Source: Bacteroidales bacterium (GTDB lineage Bacteria; Bacteroidota; Bacteroidia; Bacteroidales; UBA7960). Taken from it: a DNA stretch of 64,000 nt. The stretch is from assembly GCA_012521995.1 (NCBI GenBank), contig JAAYLH010000078.1, positions 5,535 through 69,534 on the forward strand, in the 5' to 3' direction. The notes under the pieces were generated by a model, which made no database searches, had not been told where the DNA came from, and worked only from the letters and a program-made list of their open reading frames with translations. Both the position numbers and the translations under genes were made by a program. This document shows, one piece after another, positions 19,214 to 26,503 of the stretch (positions are counted from its first letter, which is position 1; every line of letters starts with the position of its first letter).

Positions 19214-21490
19214 ATGCATTTTGAACGGCATGACCTGATATCGTTTCCCATGTATAAAAATTTTAAGCGAATGCTTCATCAGAAGGTTATCAGCGAATAT
19301 CAGAACATTGTATCCATGCTACACAGCCGCCGGGTATATGATGCCATCGGGCGGCTGAGGCTGCTTGTCAGGGAGTCTCAGAAGGAATTCATCAACGAGC
19401 GGATCGACAGCCTGCTTGAGACTTACCGCAACCTCCTGAAGCATTCCTTTGCCGCTGCCCACGATCCTGAACGCGAAAAGGTTTATAATTACCTGATACG
19501 CAGCCTGCTTGAGCTGTCGGATGAGCTCAAGGAACTTTTGCTTACCGAGGCAGGCTCCACCAATACCCACCAGATGAAGTCGCGGCTGCAGCGCGAGCAT
19601 CGCCTCGAGCGGCAGGAAGCCCTGGCTTACCTCGAACGGGTGACCTATGATGACCAATTGGCAGGGCTGCTTAAAGACGTAAAAATAGAAGAGAGCAACA
19701 AACTGCCCGGCCGCGAGGAAGCCCTCATCCGCATCTTTGACATCATCTGGCTGACCGACAAATATACCGAAGCCGAAATGGAACTGCTCAATGCCAGCTG
19801 CGACTCCGCCCGCCTGCCCTGGCACGACAAGGCCCTCATTGTTAGCGCCCTCACCCTGAGCCTCTTGCGTTACTTCGATGTCAGCAAATTTCTCCTCCTG
19901 TTTCGCTTCGCCGAAAAAAGAGAAGAACGGGTGTGGGAACGGGCCATGGTTGGCTTGTTTTTGGCTTCCCTGAAATACAACGACCGCTATTACCTCTATC
20001 CTGTGTTAGAAGAGAAAACCCTGGCGTTCCGCGAGTTTCCCTCCATAGAGCAAAACATCGAAGCCCTGGTAATACAGTTCACCAAGTCGAAGGAAACAGA
20101 AAAGGTGCGCCGTAAATGGGAAGAAGAGATCCTGCCCGCCATGATGAAGATGCGGCCCCGCATTGAAGAAAAACTTGAACTCGACCAGATCTTCTCAGAG
20201 GATTACGGCGAGGAAAAGAACCCCGACTGGGAAACCGTCTTTGAAGACTCCCCCGGCCTGCTCGACAAGCTGCAGGAGTTCACCGAGATGCAGCTCGAAG
20301 GCATGGATGTTTTTATGAGCGCCTTCTCACAACTCAAGGGCTTTCCCTTCTTCCGCGAAATCAGCAACTGGTTTGTGCCCTTTTATCTGGAGAATGAAGC
20401 CATTGCACAGGCGCTGGGCAGCGGTGGCGGGCAAACCGACCTTAGCCCCCTGGCGGGCAAACTCGAGAACAGCTATTTTATGTGCAACAGCGATAAGTAT
20501 TCATTCTGCCTCAACCTGGGGATGGCCCCCGAACAGCAGAAGGCCATGATGATGAATATGCTGAACAATGAGATGAGCAACTTGGCTGAGGTAGAACAGG
20601 ACGAGAACCTGCTGAACAGCTTTGCCGCCACCAAAAGCATTTACACCCAGTATTTCCAGGACCTGTACCGCTTTTTCAGGATCCATCCCTGGCGGCAGGA
20701 GTTTGACGACGTCTTTGAGCTGGATGTAGACCTTTACGAGACCGCCTTCGTCAAGCACCTGGTGTCGGATCATAAGACCATCCGCAACATTGCTGAGCTT
20801 TTCTTTGACAAGAAATTTTATCCTGAGGCCCTTGAAGTCTTTCTCGATATCCTCGAAAATCAAAAGGACAACATTGAATTGTTCGAGAAAATTGCTTTCT
20901 GTTATGAAAAAACGGGGCAGTTCAACAAAGCCTATGATTATTACCTGAAGGCCGACCTGATCGACTCTGACCGCCCCTGGATCATGCGTAAGCTGGCCCT
21001 CACCAGCAAATACCTCAACCGCTGGGAAGAGGCTCTGCGTTATTACCGCATGGTGGAAAAGGCCGAGCCCGAAGACCTGAAGGTGCAGGCCAACATCGGC
21101 CAGTGCCTGGTGCACCTCGAGCGTTATGAAGAAGCCCTCGACTATTACTTCAAGATAGAGGTGCTGGCTCCCGAGAATCACCGTATCCGTCGCCCCCTGG
21201 CCTGGTGCTCGTTTCTGACCGGCAAGCTCGACACCGCCCGCGATTACCTCGAACGCCTCCTGGCTGCCGACCCCGAGAACCCCTATGACCTCGAAAACCT
21301 GGGCCACGTATTGTGGTGCCAGGGCAAACCTTCCGAAGCCCTGAAGTCGTATCAACAGAGCCTGGCACGCATGAAAAATTTCGAATCTTTCACGAAAGCC
21401 TTCAACGAAGATCGCAAGCACCTTGAAACTTTTGGCATCAGCCCCTTCGAAATGGACCTGATGCTCGATGCCGTGAAGCTGGGCGAATAA
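19214..21490 (+). CDS. TPR-repeat protein
   Basis: The C-terminal third holds clear TPR units (EALEVFLDIL..., FNKAYDYYLKA, WEEALRYYRMV, YEEALDYYFKI, PSEALKSYQQSL). The start is uncertain: ATG 19214, or 19250 (MYKNF). Confidence 0.8.
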   Translation: MHFERHDLISFPMYKNFKRMLHQKVISEYQNIVSMLHSRRVYDAIGRLRLLVRESQKEFINERIDSLLETYRNLLKHSFAAAHDPEREKVYNYLIRSLLELSDELKELLLTEAGSTNTHQMKSRLQREHRLERQEALAYLERVTYDDQLAGLLKDVKIEESNKLPGREEALIRIFDIIWLTDKYTEAEMELLNASCDSARLPWHDKALIVSALTLSLLRYFDVSKFLLLFRFAEKREERVWERAMVGLFLASLKYNDRYYLYPVLEEKTLAFREFPSIEQNIEALVIQFTKSKETEKVRRKWEEEILPAMMKMRPRIEEKLELDQIFSEDYGEEKNPDWETVFEDSPGLLDKLQEFTEMQLEGMDVFMSAFSQLKGFPFFREISNWFVPFYLENEAIAQALGSGGGQTDLSPLAGKLENSYFMCNSDKYSFCLNLGMAPEQQKAMMMNMLNNEMSNLAEVEQDENLLNSFAATKSIYTQYFQDLYRFFRIHPWRQEFDDVFELDVDLYETAFVKHLVSDHKTIRNIAELFFDKKFYPEALEVFLDILENQKDNIELFEKIAFCYEKTGQFNKAYDYYLKADLIDSDRPWIMRKLALTSKYLNRWEEALRYYRMVEKAEPEDLKVQANIGQCLVHLERYEEALDYYFKIEVLAPENHRIRRPLAWCSFLTGKLDTARDYLERLLAADPENPYDLENLGHVLWCQGKPSEALKSYQQSLARMKNFESFTKAFNEDRKHLETFGISPFEMDLMLDAVKLGE

Positions 21491-21623
21491 GCTCCCCGGT
21501 CAATCCTCCTGTAATACCTTTACAGAAAAGAAACTCACTGGTCTCAGCAGATCATTGATTTTTATGTTCATTTCTATTTTATTAAGACCATAAGGGTTAT
21601 TCCTTCATAGTATTTACCTATTT

Positions 21624-21680
21624 AATACGGAGTTTATACGCTTTAAACCGTATAAACTCCGTATTAACTCCGTATTAACT
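21624..21680. repeat. 11-bp-phased TACGG/CCGTA unit array containing a perfect 17-bp inverted repeat
   Basis: AATACGGAGTTTATACG (21624-21640), 8-nt spacer, CGTATAAACTCCGTATT (21649-21665, exact reverse complement), then AACTCCGTATT repeated (21655-21665 and 21666-21676). CpG at 21628, 21639, 21649, 21660 and 21671. Confidence 0.95.
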
Positions 21681-22356
21681 TTGAAGCTTATATCGCTTTT
21701 TTTCCTGCCTGGTCAATGTATGCCCGGTTTCTTTTTTGGGTAAGATGGAATTTTTTTAAAAATTTTTTAAGATTTTTATTTCTGGTGAATTAATAAAATA
21801 TATATACGGAGGGCGTTTTGTCGTAGCTAAAAATAAATCTGGATGCTTAAGGCAAGGTCGGTTATTGATTTTTTCCGGTCCTCACGCAGCGTTTGGGCGA
21901 GATTTCGCGTCTAGAGTAATGTAAGCAAGATCGCAATTGTATTTGCTGACAAGAGTTCTTTGTTATCATGAATTGTAATTTGACCATTAGACCTGTTTCT
22001 TAGGAGCGGAAATTTCTCCTTTTTTATATTTTCCGTTTTTTCAGGTTTTGTATGTGTTTCAGGGATACACGGTTATGGCCGCACAAACTTTCCCCGGAGG
22101 TTACTTTGGGTAAAGAAGCTGCAAACAACATTAACCAAACCAACTAACCCGCGGCCATTTCCCTGGAACCTTTTTCTTTCGGCTTGTTTTCCTAAAGTTC
22201 ATATGTGCTTTTTCGCTAAGGCCAGGTTTTTCCCCTGGTCTGTTGCGGGATTGTACCAGGCGGATGCCGGTTTTGTGGCATCCGCCCGTGAGGGGTGACG
22301 GCTTGGGCCGCCATAGGAACGCTCTTTGAGGTTTTTGAAATGCTTTTTTTTCGGGA

Positions 22357-22386
22357 GTTTGCTAATTTGCAGGAATTCTTAACTTT
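22357..22386 (+). promoter_or_regulatory. Candidate Bacteroidota sigma-A promoter (-33 TTTG / -7 TAACTTTG) for the ECF sigma gene
   Basis: TAACTTTG at 22379-22386 matches the TAnnTTTG -7 consensus. TTTG at 22357-22360 lies 18 nt upstream. The start codon is about 22 nt downstream. Confidence 0.45.
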
Positions 22387-22407
22387 GTTTGTGGCTTAAG
22401 CATTCAG

Positions 22408-22959
22408 TTGGTGGACACCCTGAAAAAAATCATAAAAGGCTGCCTGAAGAACAACCAGGCCGATCAGTACCGCCTGTACACGCTTTTTTCGAAAAAGATG
22501 TATGGGGTGTGCCTCCGTTATGCGGGCAGCTATGATGAAGCCCAGGATATCCTGCAGGAAGGGTTTATCAAGGTTTTCGAAAAACTTGACACCTTCCGCG
22601 GGCAGGGTAGTTTTGAGGGCTGGATCAAGCGCATTATGATTCACACTGCAATTGAGAAATACCGCGAACGGATCTATCATTTGTCGGTGGATGACCTGGG
22701 ACATAAGGGGCATGCTTTTGAAGAAAACGCAGGGCCTGAAAAACTCAGGTTCGAAGAATTGCTTAACCTGATTCATTTGTTGCCCGACCAGTACCGCCTG
22801 GTATTTAACCTTTCGGTGCTTGAGGGGATGAGTCATAAGGAGATTGGCGAGGTGCTCGGGATCACTGAATCCACTTCGCGTTCCAATTTGTCGAGAGCAA
22901 GGATGCTGCTGCAGGAAATGATTGCCAGGCAGGATAAAGTAGTTGAAAGAGCCATTTGA
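22408..22959 (+). CDS. ECF-type RNA polymerase sigma-70 family factor
   Basis: Region 2 (DEAQDILQEGFIKVF...FEGWIKRIMIHTAI) and region 4 HTH (LEGMSHKEIGEVLGITESTSRSNLSRARMLLQE). Non-ATG start (TTG 22408 or GTG 22411). Confidence 0.9.
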   Translation: MVDTLKKIIKGCLKNNQADQYRLYTLFSKKMYGVCLRYAGSYDEAQDILQEGFIKVFEKLDTFRGQGSFEGWIKRIMIHTAIEKYRERIYHLSVDDLGHKGHAFEENAGPEKLRFEELLNLIHLLPDQYRLVFNLSVLEGMSHKEIGEVLGITESTSRSNLSRARMLLQEMIARQDKVVERAI

Positions 22960-22967
22960 AGCGTGTT

Positions 22968-24308
22968 ATGGTAATTGATTATAAAAATTTTGACGAGAAG
23001 ATCAGGGAAGCCTTCGACGACTTCGAGCCCAGGCCGCCTGCCCACGTCTGGTACGGGGTGGTGGCAGGGATGACTGAGCCCGCCAGGAAGCGCCTGACTC
23101 CCTTGTTGCTCAGGATTGCTGCGGCAGTGGCTGTATTGATGGTGACTTCTGTTTCCTTTTGGTTTCTGACATTCCAGCCTTACGGCAATGCTCCTGATGA
23201 GATCTTTGCACAGCTTGCTGAAGAAGAGGCCGGGCCTGTCTCTTTGCGGGCCGTTGAAATCCTGGCCGAAAACAATGGGCTGGCTGCCCTTAGCCTCCCA
23301 AGAGGTGTTCCCGGGCTGCAGGCGGGTCACGCTGCGGATAATCGTCCCGGAGTTCCAGCATTCAATCATATCCTTGCTCTGCAATCTCTGCCGGCTTCCC
23401 TTTCGCATGGGAGCCCGGGCTTGAAGATGCCTGTCGCATCAGCCGGCGATCAAAACAATCTCTTCTCTGATATGGGCGAAAGCCTGGCCCTTGTTGATGA
23501 AAGCAGGGACTTTTCCTTCCTGTCGATTGGCATTCATTATGCGCCCCAATACAGTTATCGCCACATCATCAACTCCACGGAAATAAATAATGCGGGCATC
23601 CCCTTCGAGTATCTTGAAGACCCCATCTTTTCGTTCAATCTGGGCTTTTCGCTTCAGGCCAGAGTACGGCCGTGGCTGAGCCTGCAGACCGGGTTCAACT
23701 ACGGGACCATCGGCCAGTTTGTGAGCAACATCATTGCTTTTTCGCATCCCGATAACCTGCCCATTTTTGAACTGGATAAAAATTCGAAATTCAGTCATCC
23801 CCAAACCATTGTCACTTCACAGGGTAACATCCGCCTGAGCGAGCCAAGGCTGTTCTTTGCCGATTCAGAGTCGTACCGGGTGATCACCAACAAGCAGTTT
23901 GATTTTGATGGCGGTCCGGAGTCATTGAAGCTCCGCGATTTTGGCATCAGCCAGCATTTCACTTATCTTGAGATCCCGGTGCTTGCCAGGGTGAAGGTTG
24001 CGACCTTCCAGAATGCTGAGTTTTCGATAAAGGCAGGGGGGTCCTTGAATTATATCCTGGGGAACGAAGTTTTCCTGGGTCGCAAGACCATGCTGAGGCC
24101 CATTGGAGAGACCTATGGACTGCGCAAGTTTAACTTCTCGGCCCATAGCGGTTTTGCTGTGAACATCCCCATAGGTGAGCATTTCCAGCTGCAGTTTGAG
24201 CCCACGGTGCAGATGTATCTCATGCCCATGGTACGCGACCGGCTGATGATAGGCCGCGCCTTGCCCTTCCAGTATTCCCTGTTTACAGGGATCACCTACA
24301 GTTTCTGA
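22968..24308 (+). CDS. Sigma-linked membrane protein: short N-terminal cytoplasmic segment, one TM, C-terminal outer-membrane beta-barrel-like domain
   Basis: Directly follows the sigma gene (alternative TTG 22956 overlaps its stop). TM segment LLLRIAAAVAVLMVTSVSFWF. The C-terminal about 270 aa has alternating beta-strand patterning and ends ...SLFTGITYSF (aromatic terminal residue). No HxxxCxxC anti-sigma zinc motif. Confidence 0.7.
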   Translation: MVIDYKNFDEKIREAFDDFEPRPPAHVWYGVVAGMTEPARKRLTPLLLRIAAAVAVLMVTSVSFWFLTFQPYGNAPDEIFAQLAEEEAGPVSLRAVEILAENNGLAALSLPRGVPGLQAGHAADNRPGVPAFNHILALQSLPASLSHGSPGLKMPVASAGDQNNLFSDMGESLALVDESRDFSFLSIGIHYAPQYSYRHIINSTEINNAGIPFEYLEDPIFSFNLGFSLQARVRPWLSLQTGFNYGTIGQFVSNIIAFSHPDNLPIFELDKNSKFSHPQTIVTSQGNIRLSEPRLFFADSESYRVITNKQFDFDGGPESLKLRDFGISQHFTYLEIPVLARVKVATFQNAEFSIKAGGSLNYILGNEVFLGRKTMLRPIGETYGLRKFNFSAHSGFAVNIPIGEHFQLQFEPTVQMYLMPMVRDRLMIGRALPFQYSLFTGITYSF

Positions 24309-25516
24309 TTTTTTTCCCTGTAGCCCGTCCAGTTGATGGCCAGGCCTCCCTGGCTTGTTTCACGATAGTTTGACTTCATGTCGAGGCCTGTTTCCTTCAT
24401 GGTTTGTATGACGTCGTCGAAGGAGATTCGGTGTTTTCCATCGGAGAGCAGGGCATAGGTGGCGCATTCCAGGGCCCTGACGGCGGCCATGGCATTGCGT
24501 TCGATGCAGGGGATCTGTACCAGGCCCTTCACGGGGTCGCAGGTGAGTCCGAGGTGGTGCTCCATTCCCATCTCGGCGGCATATTCTACCTGCAGGGGAG
24601 AGCCCCCGAGTAATTGTACTGCAGCTCCTGCTGCCATGGAGCAGGCTGAGCCGATCTCGCCCTGGCAGCCAACTTCGGCTCCTGAGATGGAGGCGTTGGT
24701 GCGTATCAGGTTGCCGATGAGGCCTGCAGTGGCCAGGGCACGGATGATGCGGATATCGGAGAGTTTATAGGTTTTTTGCAGGGAGAAAAGCACTGCAGGC
24801 AATACGCCGGCCGAGCCGCAGGTGGGCGCCGTAACGATGCGGCCACCCGAGGCGGTTTCTTCTGCGACAGCAAGGGCAAAGGAAAAGGTCAGGCCCGTGC
24901 GTTTGAGGATGTCCGAAAAGGTCTTGCTGCGGGTGTAATACACAGGGGCCCGCCTGACAAGGTTGAGGCCGCCGGGCAGGGTGCCTTCGTTCTCCAAGCC
25001 CCTTTCAATGGATGCCTTCATCACCGCCCAAACCTTTTCGAGGTAATCGAAGGTGTCGGGCTGATCGCAAGCCTGGACAAACTCCCACATATTCTTTTCA
25101 CGGGCTTCACACCAATGGAGGATGTCTTCCATTGTATGCAGGTTATAAACGTTCTCGTCCATGGAGTTGGCTTCGCCTTCCTCCATCAAGGCGCCGCCCC
25201 CGATGCTGTACACCCGCCATTTCTCGAGGACCTTGCCATTATCGAGTGCCTCAAACTCCAGGCCGTTGGGATGCAGGGGGAGCTCCGCCCCGGGCTTCCA
25301 TATGATCTCGAGGGGTTTGGGTTTGAAAGAATTCTCGAGGATGGTATCGGTCAGGTGTCCCACGCCTGTTGCAGCCAGGCTGCCGAATAGAGTCACCCTG
25401 AATTGCGGGGCTTCGGGATGGCGTAACACAAAGCGCTCGGCCGCCCTGCGCGGACCCATTGTATGGCTGCTGGAGGGGCCATTCCCTATTTTGAATAACT
25501 CCTTGATTGTTTTCAT
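24296..25516 (-). CDS. sdaA: L-serine ammonia-lyase (iron-sulfur dependent, single chain)
   Basis: N-terminal FKIGNGPSSSHTMGP motif. The alpha-domain has the GSAG..P and GAEVGCQGEIG motifs. Confidence 0.93.
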   Translation of the reverse strand: MKTIKELFKIGNGPSSSHTMGPRRAAERFVLRHPEAPQFRVTLFGSLAATGVGHLTDTILENSFKPKPLEIIWKPGAELPLHPNGLEFEALDNGKVLEKWRVYSIGGGALMEEGEANSMDENVYNLHTMEDILHWCEAREKNMWEFVQACDQPDTFDYLEKVWAVMKASIERGLENEGTLPGGLNLVRRAPVYYTRSKTFSDILKRTGLTFSFALAVAEETASGGRIVTAPTCGSAGVLPAVLFSLQKTYKLSDIRIIRALATAGLIGNLIRTNASISGAEVGCQGEIGSACSMAAGAAVQLLGGSPLQVEYAAEMGMEHHLGLTCDPVKGLVQIPCIERNAMAAVRALECATYALLSDGKHRISFDDVIQTMKETGLDMKSNYRETSQGGLAINWTGYREKNQKL

Positions 25517-25530
25517 AGCATTTGTATGAA

Positions 25531-26283
25531 TCAGATTTTTCCGACAGGCATCAAATAAAGGACGTGGTAGTCTTCGCCCAGGTTAAGCAGGGTTTCCAGC
25601 GCTTCGTCGCGATAGGCGCCAATGGCCACTGTGCCCAGGTTAAGGGCAGCGGCTTGCAGGTATATGTTCTGGGCCACATGGCCCACTTCGTTGTGGATAT
25701 AACGGATTCCGCGTTCGCCGTAGCTTTTGGTTGTGCGTTCAAAAATGGCTGCGAAAATGATTACGATACCCGCCTCGCTGATCATGCTCTGACTCAGGGC
25801 AGCCCTAGCCAGTTCCTTTTCAATTTCGCGTTTATCGGTCAATTCGAGCTTGTGACCTTCATGCCAGTAATGGTAAATGCCTTTGCTGAGGCCTTCTGCC
25901 TGGTTGACCATCACAAAAAGCTCGAGGGGATAGGTAGCCCCTGCCGAAGGGGCAGTACGGAGGCCCTTTTCGTGGTTAATGCCCTGGGCAGCCCACAGCA
26001 ATTGCGATATTTCGGCCAGGCTCAATGGTTCATCGGCATAGCTTCGGGTGGAGCGGCGAAGGCTCAGGGCCTTCTCCAGGCTCATGGTGCCATCGATAAT
26101 GGGTTGGGGTAAGGCAATCATGGCTCCGGGGATTTGATCGTGAAAGCTGGACGCCATATTGGCTTCGGTGGTTTGCACTGCCTTTTCCCGTTCAGGGGTA
26201 ACCCCTTTGAAGACGATCTTAAAGAAAAAGGCAGCCAGCAGGGCGAAACCAAATGTTGCTGCTATGGGGATATATTTCTTCAT
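25531..26283 (-). CDS. SagB/ThcOx-type nitroreductase-family protein with N-terminal signal-anchor
   Basis: RRSTRSY...APSAGATYPLELF...GIYHY resembles the SagB-type dehydrogenase domain. The N-terminal MKKYIPIAATFGFALLAAFFF is hydrophobic. Confidence 0.75.
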   Translation of the reverse strand: MKKYIPIAATFGFALLAAFFFKIVFKGVTPEREKAVQTTEANMASSFHDQIPGAMIALPQPIIDGTMSLEKALSLRRSTRSYADEPLSLAEISQLLWAAQGINHEKGLRTAPSAGATYPLELFVMVNQAEGLSKGIYHYWHEGHKLELTDKREIEKELARAALSQSMISEAGIVIIFAAIFERTTKSYGERGIRYIHNEVGHVAQNIYLQAAALNLGTVAIGAYRDEALETLLNLGEDYHVLYLMPVGKI

Positions 26284-26503
26284 TTTTGATTAGGGCATAG
26301 TGGATTGCAAAGGTAAGGCCAAAACGCCAAACTTCCTCCCAAAGCCCTTGTTTAGAATGGGTTTAAATACGGGATTTGGCGTAAAAAAAATTTTAAAAAA
26401 ATTACCTTTGCTGCGTCCATAATTATATGGCAAGCCTTGCCTGCAGGATGCAGCCTTGAATCTTATCTTTTAGTTTTTTTCTGACGTTCAACAGGGTTAA
26501 GAA

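Noticed and set aside
21720-21830. AT-rich tract with palindromes as a replication origin
   Set aside because: I found no DnaA-box-like TTATCCACA/TGTGGATAA motifs and no dnaA/dnaN context. AT-richness alone is insufficient.
22247-22290. ZTP (pfl)-like CCGCCTGG element on the minus strand of the 10-bp hairpin
   Set aside because: Only the short 3' core is present. I could not find the 5' subdomain, and no gene lies downstream on that strand.
24296-24308. 13-nt convergent overlap between the barrel-protein gene and sdaA (and 4-nt overlaps at 15153-15156 and 36881-36884)
   Set aside because: Short 3'-3' overlaps are common in compact bacterial genomes and need no special explanation.
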